Positions 20,518-31,524 of a stretch of 64,000 nt of DNA are shown piece after piece (positions within the stretch are counted from its first letter, which is position 1; the number at the start of each line of letters is the position of its first letter). Origin of the DNA: Prevotella sp. Lineage in GTDB: Bacteria > Bacteroidota > Bacteroidia > Bacteroidales > Bacteroidaceae. The translations under genes were made by a program, and so were the position numbers. The stretch spans positions 3,509 to 67,508 of the forward strand of contig JAFVGI010000039.1 of assembly GCA_017475005.1 (NCBI GenBank). The letters are read 5' to 3'. Under the pieces are notes generated by a model, which saw only the letters and a program-made list of their open reading frames with translations, did no database searches and was not told the origin of the DNA.

Positions 20518-20853
20518 TTACTTCTGCAACAACTCGTCTATACGTTCTATATAATCAAGGCTGTCATCAATAAAGAAGCGTAGCTCCGGGATTATACGCA
20601 ATTGGTTATGAACACGTTTTCCCAAGTCATAACGCACCTGAGAACTATTGCGCTGTATATTCTGCAGCAATTCCTCACCTTTTTCGGAAGGGAAAATGGA
20701 CAAATATGCTGTACAGATGCTTAAATCAGGAGATACCCTCACACGAGTAACACTCACCATAACACCCCTCATGGCACGTGTTTGGCTTTGAAAAATAAGG
20801 CTCAACTCTTTCTGTAACAGCCTACATATTCTATTTTGTCGTGTTTCTTGCAT
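20518..20853 (-). CDS. rbfA: 30S ribosome-binding factor A
   Basis: VTRVRVSPDL, LRIIPELRFFIDDS. Confidence 0.95.
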   Translation of the reverse strand: MQETRQNRICRLLQKELSLIFQSQTRAMRGVMVSVTRVRVSPDLSICTAYLSIFPSEKGEELLQNIQRNSSQVRYDLGKRVHNQLRIIPELRFFIDDSLDYIERIDELLQK

Positions 20854-20877
20854 AATGATTTCCCCTAAAAAGGTTTA

Positions 20878-21282
20878 TTAATTATTTTGATTCTGGAAAG
20901 CTGTATATATCTTATTGGCAATCTCCTCCATCTCATTTGCCGGCAATGACAACTTCTCCCTGCGGAAATCCATGTCACCCTCGGTATCCATTGGCATAAG
21001 ATGGATATGAGCATGTGCTACTTCCAAGCCAAAGACACTCATGCCGACCTTCTTACATGGGAAAGCCTCTTTGATAGCCTTTGCCACCTTTTTGGCAAAT
21101 ACGAAATAGCGAGCAATCTCCTCATCATCCATATCAAAAAGATAATCAATCTCTCGACGTGGGATTACAAGAACATGCGCCCTTACCACAGGATTAATGT
21201 CAAGAAATGCATAGAACTCGTCGTTCTCGGCACACTTATAACTAGGAATCTCGCCAGCAGCAATTTTTGAGAAAATATCCAT
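20878..21282 (-). CDS. HIT family hydrolase
   Basis: IFSKIAAGEIP, FLDINP, HAHIHL. Confidence 0.92.
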   Translation of the reverse strand: MDIFSKIAAGEIPSYKCAENDEFYAFLDINPVVRAHVLVIPRREIDYLFDMDDEEIARYFVFAKKVAKAIKEAFPCKKVGMSVFGLEVAHAHIHLMPMDTEGDMDFRREKLSLPANEMEEIANKIYTAFQNQNN

Positions 21283-21320
21283 AACTGTAAAGTTTAGAGT
21301 TTAGAGTTTAAAGTTTATAG
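21283..21320 (-). repeat. Heptamer array (TAAACTC variants) between greA and the HIT gene
   Basis: GTAAAGTTTAGAGTTTAGAGTTTAAAGTTTATAG on + strand. Confidence 0.8.
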
Positions 21321-21346
21321 GTTCTTGAACTAATAACGTTTGGAGG

Positions 21347-21811
21347 TTAATAACTGATATTCTCAATTTTGAGTTTCAGAATACCATTTGGCACCTTTAC
21401 TTCTACTTCATCACCCACCTTATGGTTGAGCAATGCCTGTGCGATGGGTGTTTCGATAGAAATCTTTCCCTCTCGAAGATTAGCCTCATTAGCACTAACT
21501 ATGGTATAAGACATTTTTGCCTTATTACCTAGATTTGTCATTTCCACTTTGCTGAGAAGCTGAACAGCATCAGTAGAAAGGCGACTCTTATCTACAATTT
21601 TGGCATCTGCTATTTGAGTCTTCAAAGCATTTATCTTGATAGCCAGATTAGCCTGCGCCTCTTTTGCCGCATCATACTCAGAATTCTCTGACAAATCGCC
21701 CTTATCGCGTGCTTCTGCTATAGCAGCACTCACCTTGGGCATTTCTACCGCCTCAAGACGGTGAAGTTCGGCTACCATATTTTCGTAGCCCTCTTTTGAC
21801 ATGTACGCCAT
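21347..21811 (-). CDS. greA: Transcription elongation factor GreA
   Basis: EARDKGDLSENSEYDAAK, ISIETPIAQALL. Confidence 0.95.
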   Translation of the reverse strand: MAYMSKEGYENMVAELHRLEAVEMPKVSAAIAEARDKGDLSENSEYDAAKEAQANLAIKINALKTQIADAKIVDKSRLSTDAVQLLSKVEMTNLGNKAKMSYTIVSANEANLREGKISIETPIAQALLNHKVGDEVEVKVPNGILKLKIENISY

Positions 21812-22039
21812 ATTTTATCTGTATTTATACAAAAAAACAACAACCCCGAGTAAGCTCAGAGTCGCATATATCTCATTAAATTTCGGTACAAAGATACAAA
21901 AAGTTCCCGTCACGCCCCATAATATCGTTAATTTTTATATTTTTTTAGTAAAAAAACACGAAAAAGGAAGGCTTTCTATCATGCTCTCACCTTTTTTTTA
22001 TATCTTTGCACACGATTTGAATATTTACGCGTAACACAT

Positions 22040-23545
22040 ATGTACACAACTATCACTGCCGCAGAAGCGGCTTCACTCATCAAGAACGGCGACTCAATAG
22101 GCCTGTCAGGATTTACACCTGCAGGAGCGCCAAAAGCCACAACAAAGGAATTAGCAAAGATTGCCCAGAAAGAACATGAAAATGGCAATCCTTTCAAGAT
22201 TAACTTATTCACAGGAGCTTCAACCGGACAGAGCACTGATGGTGACTTGGCATTAGCTAAGGCCATAGACTTCCGTGCTCCTTATACCACAAATCCCGAT
22301 TTCCGTTCTTGCGTAAACAAAAACGAGATTCGATACAACGACCTACATCTCAGCCACATGGCACAGGAGTTGCGCTATGGCTTCTATGGCCCACTGAACT
22401 GGGGTATCATAGAGGTTTGTAAGATTGAAGACGCTGGAGACAAATACAATGTTTCCCTCACTGCTGCAGGAGGCATCTCTCCTACCGTAGCGATGATGGC
22501 AGAAAAAATCATCCTGGAGCTTAACAGCTTCCACAATGAAGGAGCAGGCCAGCTGCATGATATCTTCGAGCCACAGAATCCCCCTTATCGTCAGCCATAC
22601 ATGATTACATCGGTTAAAGACAGGATTGGTAAGCCATATCTGTCTATTCCGAAATCAAAGGTTGTCGGTGTTATAGAGTGTAACATCCCTGACGAAGCAC
22701 GTGCTTTCAAGGGAACAGACCCTATCACAGACCAGATTGGTGCAAATGTAGCACATTTCCTGTTAGGCGACATGAAACGTGGCATCATCCCTCCAGAGTT
22801 CTTGCCATTACAGAGTGGCGTAGGAACAACAGCCAATGCTATTCTCGCAGCTCTCGGCAAAGACAAGAGCGTACCTGATTTCAACATCTACACAGAAGTA
22901 TTCCAGAATGCTATCGTTGACATGATGTTGTCAGGTCGTGTGAAGGATGCATCCACCTGTTCTCTTACCGTTGACAATGAATGCTTGATGAAGGTATATG
23001 ACAATCTCGACCTATTCTCTAAGCATCTCGTAATCCGTCAGTCAGAGATAAGCAACTCTCCTGAGGTAATACGCAGACTTGGTGTTATTGCCATCAATAC
23101 TGCTATTGAGGTTGACATCTATGGCAACGCCAACTCTACACACATCAGCGGAACAAAGATGATGAACGGTATTGGTGGTTCTGGCGACTTCGAGCGCAAC
23201 GCCTATATCTCCATCTTCACCTGTGCTTCTACAGCAAAGGGCGGCATGATTTCATCTATTGTTCCTATGGTAAGCCATCAGGATCACTCTGAACACGATG
23301 TTAATGTCATCATCACAGAGCAAGGTATTGCCGATCTACGTGGAAAGGCACCAATAGAGCGTGCCCAGCTGATAATAGAGAATTGTGCACATCCAGATTA
23401 TCGTCCTATCTTACGTGAGTACGTAAAGATTGCAGCTGGTGGACAAACACATCACAACCTGCCATGTGCTTTTGCTATGCATGACACACTCCGCAGGAAA
23501 GGTGATATGCATCTGACGGATTTCTCTGAATACATCAAAGAATAA
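22040..23545 (+). CDS. Acetyl-CoA hydrolase/succinate CoA-transferase
   Basis: SGFTPAG, FTGASTG, PLQSGVG, MMNGIGGSGDF; TATCTTTG promoter at 22001. Confidence 0.9.
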   Translation: MYTTITAAEAASLIKNGDSIGLSGFTPAGAPKATTKELAKIAQKEHENGNPFKINLFTGASTGQSTDGDLALAKAIDFRAPYTTNPDFRSCVNKNEIRYNDLHLSHMAQELRYGFYGPLNWGIIEVCKIEDAGDKYNVSLTAAGGISPTVAMMAEKIILELNSFHNEGAGQLHDIFEPQNPPYRQPYMITSVKDRIGKPYLSIPKSKVVGVIECNIPDEARAFKGTDPITDQIGANVAHFLLGDMKRGIIPPEFLPLQSGVGTTANAILAALGKDKSVPDFNIYTEVFQNAIVDMMLSGRVKDASTCSLTVDNECLMKVYDNLDLFSKHLVIRQSEISNSPEVIRRLGVIAINTAIEVDIYGNANSTHISGTKMMNGIGGSGDFERNAYISIFTCASTAKGGMISSIVPMVSHQDHSEHDVNVIITEQGIADLRGKAPIERAQLIIENCAHPDYRPILREYVKIAAGGQTHHNLPCAFAMHDTLRRKGDMHLTDFSEYIKE

Positions 23546-23565
23546 CTATCCAATTTATTACTACT

Positions 23566-24375
23566 ATGGCAAACTTATCAAATTTCTCCCTCGAAGGGAA
23601 AAACGCTTGGATAACAGGCGCATCGTACGGAATCGGTTTCAACATCGCTAAGGCATTTGTTGCCGCTGGTGCTAACATGATTGTTTTCAATGACATCAAC
23701 GAGGCAGCACTGCAACGCGGACTTGACAACTATAAGGAAGCAGGCATAACTAACGTAAAAGGCTATGTCTGTGACGTTACTGACGAAAAAGGCGTAAAGA
23801 AACTCGTTGACACTATTCACAAGGAAGTTGGTCAGATTGACATCCTCGTTAATAATGCAGGCATCATCAAGCGTATTCCTATGCACGAGATGAAGCGTGC
23901 AGAGTTCCAGCAGGTTATAGATATCGACCTTGTTGCACCTTACATCTGCTCTGCAGCAGTTCTGCCAGAAATGATGGAGCGTAAGGAAGGAAAGATTATC
24001 AATATCTGCTCTATGATGTCAGAGTTGGGTCGTGAGACAGTATCTGCTTACGCAGCTGCCAAGGGTGGTTTGAAGATGCTGACACGTAACATCTGCTCAG
24101 AATATGGTGAGTACAACATCCAGTGCAACGGCATTGGCCCTGGCTACATCGCTACTCCTCAGACAGCACCACTGCGTGAGAGGCAGCCAGATGGCAGCCG
24201 TCATCCTTTTGACAGCTTCATCTGTGCAAAGACTCCAGCCGGACGTTGGCTTGACCCTTCAGAGCTAGGTGGTCCAGCTGTATTCCTGGCTTCTCATGCC
24301 TCTGATGCAGTGAATGGACACGTATTATATGTTGATGGCGGTATCCTCGCATACATCGGAAAGCAGCCATCTTAA
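23566..24375 (+). CDS. Gluconate 5-dehydrogenase (SDR, IdnO/KduD type)
   Basis: TGASYGIG, NNAG, YAAAK, RTPAGRW-like KTPAGRW. Confidence 0.85.
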   Translation: MANLSNFSLEGKNAWITGASYGIGFNIAKAFVAAGANMIVFNDINEAALQRGLDNYKEAGITNVKGYVCDVTDEKGVKKLVDTIHKEVGQIDILVNNAGIIKRIPMHEMKRAEFQQVIDIDLVAPYICSAAVLPEMMERKEGKIINICSMMSELGRETVSAYAAAKGGLKMLTRNICSEYGEYNIQCNGIGPGYIATPQTAPLRERQPDGSRHPFDSFICAKTPAGRWLDPSELGGPAVFLASHASDAVNGHVLYVDGGILAYIGKQPS

Positions 24376-24400
24376 AAACAAATCTTAATTTACAATTCTT

Positions 24401-25819
24401 TTGTACAGATTTAATTCCATAATCATAATGTTGTCAGCAACGCTAATGTTGCTGACAGCATCGTGTAAGTCAAGTGACGAGGAAATCACGCCAAGTGATC
24501 AGGTAGGTATTACAGCTGCAACATTTGGAGCGCTTCGCAGACAGAACACGACGGGCAGTTCGTATTCTACTTATACTCCATCCTCAGCAACCTATCCTAT
24601 CTTCATTGATCACATAAAGGGCGAGATATACAATCCTGACTCATTACCAGTACGCACAATCCCGTCTAAGGTTCTTCTTACGCTATCTTTCAAGAACAAC
24701 TCTTTCGGAGTTCTTGAATCCTTGGAGAAAGAAGACTCCTTTGTGCAGACCTATTATGCTACGGACACACTTGACTTCTCCAAGCCACGCAAGATAAGAG
24801 TAATATCTTCCGATGGGGAACATTCACGAGATTATACCATTGATGTGAGAATACACAAAGTTAGCGTTGACTCATTAAAATGGACTAGCATGAATGTTTG
24901 CAATGCCATAAAAGGAAAGAAACTAATTACTTTGAAAGCACTTTCCAACGATGATGCTTTTTATGTTTTGGCTGCAGACACCACTGTTGACACATCAAAT
25001 GGCGATATATATTGCAGCATACAGGTATTAAAGACGACAGACGGGAATACCTGGAGCACAGAATACAACCCTGTGCCACCAAAGATTATACCATCTGCAC
25101 AATTTCCAGATTTTATACGGCCAACAATGGCTGTTTACAAAAATAAGATATACCTGCTTTACGATGGTCAGTTGAGATGTTCTGATAACTGGACAAGCAG
25201 CACATCTTGCAACTTGAGAGCTATTCTTGGAGGTTTTGATAATTATTTCTATGGAGTAAACGACCAAAAGAAGATAGAAGTAGCAACAGGTGGAAATCCA
25301 ATGACAGCATCATTCACCAGCGACAGTATGGAAGAAATGCCATACGTCACAGGAGACAGTCTCCCTTACAAAGACTATAACTTCATTGCAACGAGCCTGC
25401 TTACAGATCCGTCAATGGGTCGTGCCATCATATTGGCAAATAAGGAGAAAGATGCAACAAACATCCAAGCGCCAAACGTTGATAAGGCTGTAATATGGAG
25501 TAAAATCATTGATGATGTCCCACAGAATTGGTGTCTCACAACTCCTGCATGGAACAATCACTATAAGGTTTTGCCACGTATGGAATACCTATCTGCTACT
25601 TCATATGCTGACGGAATCATTGCCATTGGAGGTTATCCCAACACCCGGAAGTTCTATTACTCCAACGACTGGGGAACCACATGGGAAACAAAAAGCTCTA
25701 TAAATATTCCATCAGAACTTCAAAGCACTGAGCAGGTAGCAATTGGAGCCAATGACACCTATATATACCTTATCGGAGGTAATACCGGTGAAGTATGGAG
25801 AGGACAGAAGATTTATTAA
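24401..25819 (+). CDS. DUF6242-like lipoprotein
   Basis: Lipobox TASC; IYNPDSLP and DFSKP motifs; position upstream of porG-uppS-bamA. Confidence 0.65.
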   Translation: MYRFNSIIIMLSATLMLLTASCKSSDEEITPSDQVGITAATFGALRRQNTTGSSYSTYTPSSATYPIFIDHIKGEIYNPDSLPVRTIPSKVLLTLSFKNNSFGVLESLEKEDSFVQTYYATDTLDFSKPRKIRVISSDGEHSRDYTIDVRIHKVSVDSLKWTSMNVCNAIKGKKLITLKALSNDDAFYVLAADTTVDTSNGDIYCSIQVLKTTDGNTWSTEYNPVPPKIIPSAQFPDFIRPTMAVYKNKIYLLYDGQLRCSDNWTSSTSCNLRAILGGFDNYFYGVNDQKKIEVATGGNPMTASFTSDSMEEMPYVTGDSLPYKDYNFIATSLLTDPSMGRAIILANKEKDATNIQAPNVDKAVIWSKIIDDVPQNWCLTTPAWNNHYKVLPRMEYLSATSYADGIIAIGGYPNTRKFYYSNDWGTTWETKSSINIPSELQSTEQVAIGANDTYIYLIGGNTGEVWRGQKIY

Positions 25820-25833
25820 AAACAAAAATAAAG

Positions 25834-26526
25834 ATGCGCATATATATCCTTTTTATAACAATGTTATTACCATTCACCGTCCTTGCCCAAGAAGACGTTG
25901 AATATCGCATGGATATTGGCGCAGGTGTGGGAGCAACGACATATTACGGTGATTTCAATGCCTCACCCACTAAGAATATTCAGCCAGCAGCAGCCATAGT
26001 CTTTCGTGATGTCTTAAATCCACACATGGCCATAAGACTTTCCGCTATGTACACAAAGGTAAAAGGATCATATGAACCAAGCAAGACCTATTATCCGAAT
26101 GTAAACACTTATACATTCAATAACACTCTTGCAGACCTTAGTGCAACATACGAATACAACTTCTGGCCTTATGGAACAGGAAAGGACTATCGAGGTGCCA
26201 AGCGTCTGACACCATTTATCTCTATTGGTATCGGAGCGACTTATGCCATGATTAAGGCTGACGAGACGATGAAAATCGAGAAAAAGAATATATTCACAGC
26301 CAATATACCTATCGGTGTAGGTGTAAAATATCGTTATAAAGACAGATACAACTTTTCATTAGATTGGCAGATGCATTTCTCCTTGTCTGATGAACTTGAT
26401 GGAATAAAAGATCCATACGGTATCAGTAGCAGTGGATTGTTCAAGAACACAGATTGCTACAGTACCTTAACACTTGCTTTTACTTACTCATTTTTCGAAA
26501 AATGCAGAACATGTCACAAAGAATGA
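25834..26526 (+). CDS. PorG/DUF6089-like outer-membrane beta-barrel protein
   Basis: YYGDFN, YEYNFWPYG, SDELDG, C-terminal CxxC; synteny with uppS-bamA. Confidence 0.7.
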   Translation: MRIYILFITMLLPFTVLAQEDVEYRMDIGAGVGATTYYGDFNASPTKNIQPAAAIVFRDVLNPHMAIRLSAMYTKVKGSYEPSKTYYPNVNTYTFNNTLADLSATYEYNFWPYGTGKDYRGAKRLTPFISIGIGATYAMIKADETMKIEKKNIFTANIPIGVGVKYRYKDRYNFSLDWQMHFSLSDELDGIKDPYGISSSGLFKNTDCYSTLTLAFTYSFFEKCRTCHKE

Positions 26527-27239
26527 ATATACCTGAGCATATAGCTATTATCATGGATGGTAATGGCAGATGGGCAGAACAGCATGGAAAGCCACGCAAT
26601 TATGGCCATTCTGCTGGTGTAGACTCCCTACGCAAGATAACAGCCGAATGTGCTCGAATAGGAGTAAAATATCTCACTGTATATGCTTTCTCTACAGAAA
26701 ACTGGAATCGTCCGGCAGAAGAGGTCAGGTTATTGATGGAACTAGTCATTTCATCATTAGACAATTCTCTTTTTGATGATAACAATATACGATTCCGCTG
26801 CATAGGTGACAGGAAACGCCTTCCAAAGGACGTACAAGACACTCTGCTGGGCCTTGAAGAACGTACGAAAGAATATAAGAGGATGACAATCACTGTAGCC
26901 CTCAGTTATTCCTCACGCTGGGAATTGACTGACTGTATGCAGAAAATAGCTGCTCAAGTAGAAGCCGGCACATTGAAAGCCAGCGATATTACAGAGCAAA
27001 CCATCATAGATAATATGAATAGTGGCTTCCAGCCAGACCCTGACCTCTTGATAAGAACAGGAGGAGATATTCGTATCTCAAACTACATGCTTTGGCAAAT
27101 AGCATATTCCGAATTATACTTCACGCCGATATATTGGCCTGATTTCAATGAAGATGAACTTAAAAAAGCCATAGAATATTTCAACACCAAACAGCGCCGT
27201 TTCGGCAAGACCGAAGAGCAGGTAGAGAAAGGTCTATAG
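26523..27239 (+). CDS. uppS: Undecaprenyl diphosphate synthase
   Basis: HIAIIMDGNGRWA, YAFSTENWNRP, LIRTGG..RISN. Confidence 0.95.
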   Translation: MNIPEHIAIIMDGNGRWAEQHGKPRNYGHSAGVDSLRKITAECARIGVKYLTVYAFSTENWNRPAEEVRLLMELVISSLDNSLFDDNNIRFRCIGDRKRLPKDVQDTLLGLEERTKEYKRMTITVALSYSSRWELTDCMQKIAAQVEAGTLKASDITEQTIIDNMNSGFQPDPDLLIRTGGDIRISNYMLWQIAYSELYFTPIYWPDFNEDELKKAIEYFNTKQRRFGKTEEQVEKGL

Positions 27240-27265
27240 CATCTATATACAATTGTTAATAGTTA

Positions 27266-29893
27266 ATGTCCGTGTTTAGAAACAGATTTTTCTTCACATT
27301 CATATATCTCTTTGTATCATTCTTAGCCATATATGGTCAGGAAAAGATAATCAATCCTGACATTTCATATGTTGGTGCCGTCAAGAAATACACGATAGCC
27401 CACATAGCAGTCAGTGGTGTTGATGAATATGAAGATTTTATGCTCACAGGTATATCCGGCCTATCCGTTGGTCAAGAGATCAGTGTGCCAGGAAACGAAA
27501 TAACAGAAGCTGTAAAGCACTACTGGAAACACGGATTATTTTCTGAAGTTAAGATAGCAGCAGATTCTATTGTTTTAGATTCCATCTATCTACATTTTTA
27601 TTTACGCACACGTCCTCGCGTCAGTACGATAAACTATATTGGAATTAAGAAGAAAAGCGAGCGTGAAGATATGGAATCAAAGCTCGGACTTCTAAGAGGG
27701 TCACAAGTAACCCCGAATATGATATCCAGGGCTAAATATCTTGCAGAAAAATATTTTGCAGACAAAGGTTTCAAGAATTGTGAAGTAACAATACGCCAGC
27801 GTGATGATGTGGCAGAAAAGAATCATGTCATCCTTGATGTTGAAATAGATAAGAAACTCAAGACAAAGATTCACCGCATATACATTGATGGCAACGAGCA
27901 AATAAAGACCAACAAACTTAAAGGTAAGATTTTTGGTGGCGGTGCTCTAAAGAAACTTCATGAGGTAAACACTCTTCGTGGATTCCTTAAATCCAAGAAA
28001 TTCAAGCCAGAGAAATACGAAGAGGACAAGAATAACCTTATTGATTATTACAATGAGTATGGTTATCGCGATGCAAAATTAGTAAAAGACAGCATTTCCA
28101 CATACGATGACAGACATGTTGACATACACTTCAATATATACGAGGGACAGAAATATTATCTCCGTAATGTCACATGGGTAGGTAATACCGTATATAAGAC
28201 TGATTACCTGCAATCTGTTTTTGGCATGAAAAAAGGCGATGTTTATAACCAGAAACTTATGGACAAACGTCTGAAGGATGATGACGATGCTGTAGGAAAC
28301 CTTTATTGGAATAATGGTTATCTCTTCTATAAGTTAGACCCTACAGAGATAAATATTGTCGGTGATTCCATAGACCTTGAAATGCGTATACAGGAAGGTC
28401 CACAAGCACATATTTCCCACGTTCGCATAACAGGTAACAATCGCCTATACGAGAAAGTAGTACGTCGTGAGTTACGCACCAAGCCTGGTGATCTATTCTC
28501 AAAAGATGCCTTGATGCGTTCTGCACGTGAGATAGCATCTATGGGACATTTCGATCAGGAGAAAGTAAATCCTGATGTACGTCCTAACTACGAAGACGGA
28601 ACAGTTGACATAAACTGGGATTTGGAACAGAAGTCTAACGACCAGGTTGAATTCTCTTTAGGTTGGGGACAAACAGGCGTCATAGGACGCATCGGACTCA
28701 AACTGAACAACTTCTCTATGTCGAATCTCTTCCATAGGAAAAAGGAGCATCGTGGAATATTACCTGTCGGAGACGGTGAAACCTTATCTCTTGGTGCGCA
28801 AACAAACGGCCGCTACTATCAGGCATACAATATATCATACGGAACATCATGGTTTGGTGGCAAACGCCCTATCATGTTCAATGTTGGTGTATTCTACTCA
28901 AAGCAGACTGACGTAAGCAGCAATTACTATAACTCCAACTGGCAGAATTCTTATTATAACTACATCGGAGGAGTTGGAAACTACTCTACTTATAATAATT
29001 ATGAAAACTATTACGATCCGGATAAATATGTACAGTTGTTAGGTGGTTCTGTTGGTTGGGGCAAACGATTACGTTGGCCAGATGATTATTTCCATCTTTC
29101 TTTGAGCCTTGGCTATACACGCTATATGCTGAAGAACTGGAGTTACTTCCTTGTCACCAATGGTAACTGTAACAATATAAACTTCGGAATTTCTTTGTCA
29201 CGTACTTCTACTGACAATCAGTTGTTCCCACGTCATGGTTCAGAATTTGAACTTAGCGTTACCGCTACTCCACCATGGAGTGTCTTTGATGGCAAAGACT
29301 ACTCTAAACTTGCCAACGACCCTCTCGATGTACGTTATCAGAATCAACTGCAGGAGAAGCATAGATGGATAGAATATCATAAGTGGAAGTTTAAGAGTCG
29401 CACCTTTACAGCGCTTACAAGCGGACAAAAGTGTTTCGTACTCATGACACGTGCAGAATTCGGAATCTTAGGATACTATAACAAGGACAAGAAGTCTCCA
29501 TTCGAAACATATTACATGGGTGGTGATGGTATGTCAGGTTATTCCAGCAGCTATGCTACGGAGACAATCGGCTTGCGCGGTTATGAGAATGGTTCCCTCA
29601 CCCCATCTGGATATGCTGGTTACGCATACGACCGCTTCACAGTAGAATTGCGTTACCCATTCCTACTCGGAAATACCACAATCTACGGACTTACATTCTT
29701 AGAAGCTGGTAATGCATGGGCAAACACTCGAGATTTCAATCCATTTGACATGAAGCGTTCGGCTGGTGCAGGCGTTCGTATCTTCCTTCCCATGGTGGGA
29801 CTCATGGGTATTGACTGGGCTTATGGCTTCGACACCACATTTGGCAAAAAAGGAGGTAGCAACTTCCACTTCATACTTGGACAAGAATTTTAA
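27266..29893 (+). CDS. bamA: Outer membrane protein assembly factor BamA
   Basis: POTRA region, LRGY motif, terminal FHFILGQEF. Confidence 0.95.
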   Translation: MSVFRNRFFFTFIYLFVSFLAIYGQEKIINPDISYVGAVKKYTIAHIAVSGVDEYEDFMLTGISGLSVGQEISVPGNEITEAVKHYWKHGLFSEVKIAADSIVLDSIYLHFYLRTRPRVSTINYIGIKKKSEREDMESKLGLLRGSQVTPNMISRAKYLAEKYFADKGFKNCEVTIRQRDDVAEKNHVILDVEIDKKLKTKIHRIYIDGNEQIKTNKLKGKIFGGGALKKLHEVNTLRGFLKSKKFKPEKYEEDKNNLIDYYNEYGYRDAKLVKDSISTYDDRHVDIHFNIYEGQKYYLRNVTWVGNTVYKTDYLQSVFGMKKGDVYNQKLMDKRLKDDDDAVGNLYWNNGYLFYKLDPTEINIVGDSIDLEMRIQEGPQAHISHVRITGNNRLYEKVVRRELRTKPGDLFSKDALMRSAREIASMGHFDQEKVNPDVRPNYEDGTVDINWDLEQKSNDQVEFSLGWGQTGVIGRIGLKLNNFSMSNLFHRKKEHRGILPVGDGETLSLGAQTNGRYYQAYNISYGTSWFGGKRPIMFNVGVFYSKQTDVSSNYYNSNWQNSYYNYIGGVGNYSTYNNYENYYDPDKYVQLLGGSVGWGKRLRWPDDYFHLSLSLGYTRYMLKNWSYFLVTNGNCNNINFGISLSRTSTDNQLFPRHGSEFELSVTATPPWSVFDGKDYSKLANDPLDVRYQNQLQEKHRWIEYHKWKFKSRTFTALTSGQKCFVLMTRAEFGILGYYNKDKKSPFETYYMGGDGMSGYSSSYATETIGLRGYENGSLTPSGYAGYAYDRFTVELRYPFLLGNTTIYGLTFLEAGNAWANTRDFNPFDMKRSAGAGVRIFLPMVGLMGIDWAYGFDTTFGKKGGSNFHFILGQEF

Positions 29894-29913
29894 ACCACAA
29901 AAAAGAAAACGCT

Positions 29914-30423
29914 ATGAAAAAGATTATCGTATTTTTCTCGTATATGTTGTTCACAACATGTGCTGTGGCACAAAAGTATGCTCTCATAGACATGGAATAT
30001 ATTCTTAAAAACATACCAGCCTACGAGCGTGCAAACGAGCAACTCAATCAGGTTAGCAAACGATGGCAAGCAGAAGTAGAAGCACTCAATACAGAGGCCT
30101 CTACGATGTATAAGAATTATCAGAATGAGGTAGTGTTCCTGTCTCAGGATCAGAAGCAAAAGAAACAGGAAGCCATCATGCAAAAAGAAAAAGAGGCAGC
30201 AGACTTAAAGAAGAAGTATTTCGGTCCTGACGGAGAATTATTCAAGAAACGCGAATCTCTAATGGCTCCGATACAAGATGAAATATACAATACCGTAAAA
30301 GAGGTGGCAGAACTACGTGGATATCAAATGGTTCTTGACAGAGCTTCCGATGGGGCTGGAATAATATTTGCTTCTCCAAAGATAGACATCTCTAACGAGG
30401 TATTACAAAAACTTGGCTATTAA
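29914..30423 (+). CDS. OmpH/Skp chaperone 1
   Basis: AQKYALIDMEYIL, YFGPDGELFKKR, DISNEVL. Confidence 0.9.
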   Translation: MKKIIVFFSYMLFTTCAVAQKYALIDMEYILKNIPAYERANEQLNQVSKRWQAEVEALNTEASTMYKNYQNEVVFLSQDQKQKKQEAIMQKEKEAADLKKKYFGPDGELFKKRESLMAPIQDEIYNTVKEVAELRGYQMVLDRASDGAGIIFASPKIDISNEVLQKLGY

Positions 30424-30481
30424 AAGCAATTTCTATTTGACAAATAATTTTATAGTAAAAATCATAAAGTAAAAATCGTAA

Positions 30482-30982
30482 ATGAAAAAGATTATTATCG
30501 CACTCATCGCAGTGCTCGGTGTTGCAGTAAATGTTAACGCACAGAAATTCGGACATGTTGATACACAGTCAATAATGCAGAGTCTCCCAGAGGTAACTAA
30601 GGCTAATGGTGAGCTTCAGGCTACTGCACAGCAGTATGAGAATGAATTGAAGACCATGCAAGAAGAGATTCAGCGCAAGGCAGACGAGTATGACAAGAAG
30701 AAGTCAACAATGAATGCTACAGACCAACAGGCTGCTGAGCAGGAGTTGCAAACTCTCTACAACAAGCTGCAGGAGACATATCAGCAGAATCAGCAGAACA
30801 TCCAGAAAAAGCAGGAAGAACTGATGGCTCCAATCAACCAAAAGATTATGAAGGCTATTGAGAACGTTGGTAAGGCTGGTAACTACACCTATATCGTACC
30901 AGCAGGCTCTTTCCCTTACATTGGCGCTAGCTCTACAGATGTTACTGCAGCTGTCAAGGCTGAAATTAATAAGATTAAGTAA
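30482..30982 (+). CDS. OmpH/Skp chaperone 2
   Basis: AQKFGHVD, Gln-rich coiled coil, DVTAAVK. Confidence 0.9.
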   Translation: MKKIIIALIAVLGVAVNVNAQKFGHVDTQSIMQSLPEVTKANGELQATAQQYENELKTMQEEIQRKADEYDKKKSTMNATDQQAAEQELQTLYNKLQETYQQNQQNIQKKQEELMAPINQKIMKAIENVGKAGNYTYIVPAGSFPYIGASSTDVTAAVKAEINKIK

Positions 30983-31491
30983 TGAAGAAAATCATATTAA
31001 TGGCAATATGCTTCGCTTGTTGTTCCACAATCATGGCACAACAAGCGAAGATTGGTTTTTTCTCCATGCAAGACCTGCTCAATACTGATGTAAAATATCA
31101 GGAGGCTATTGCTAATGCTCAAGTCCTAAAGCAGCAATATGCAAATGAGCAGAGAATAGCAGAACAGGATTTTAAGGAGAAATACGAACTTTTCCTTGAA
31201 CAACAAGGAGACCTTGCCAAATCAATACGTGCAAAAAGGCAAAGCGACCTACAGTCTCTTCTGGAGCGTACTGAGAACTTCAGGAAAGAAACACAGCAAC
31301 TTATTAAGAAGTCTGAAGACGAAGCTCTTTCTGCAGCTAAGATACGCATATCTGAGGCCATACAGAAAGTTGCAGCACAAGGAGACTATCTTGTCATTGT
31401 GAACAGTGATAGCGAGACATGTCCCTATATCAACCCGAACTTTTCAGAGGATCTTACAGAAAGAATATCCTTTATTCTGTCTAATCCATAA
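30982..31491 (+). CDS. OmpH/Skp chaperone 3
   Basis: KIGFFS, coiled coil, YINP..EDLT. Confidence 0.8.
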   Translation: MKKIILMAICFACCSTIMAQQAKIGFFSMQDLLNTDVKYQEAIANAQVLKQQYANEQRIAEQDFKEKYELFLEQQGDLAKSIRAKRQSDLQSLLERTENFRKETQQLIKKSEDEALSAAKIRISEAIQKVAAQGDYLVIVNSDSETCPYINPNFSEDLTERISFILSNP

Positions 31492-31524
31492 TTACAACCC
31501 CTACTAGCAAAACTTCGTTAATAT

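Noticed and set aside
17885-20583. Long plus-strand ORFs (160-248 aa) opposite the GT2 fusion and lolE
   Set aside because: Antisense shadows of well-supported genes with no protein-like motifs
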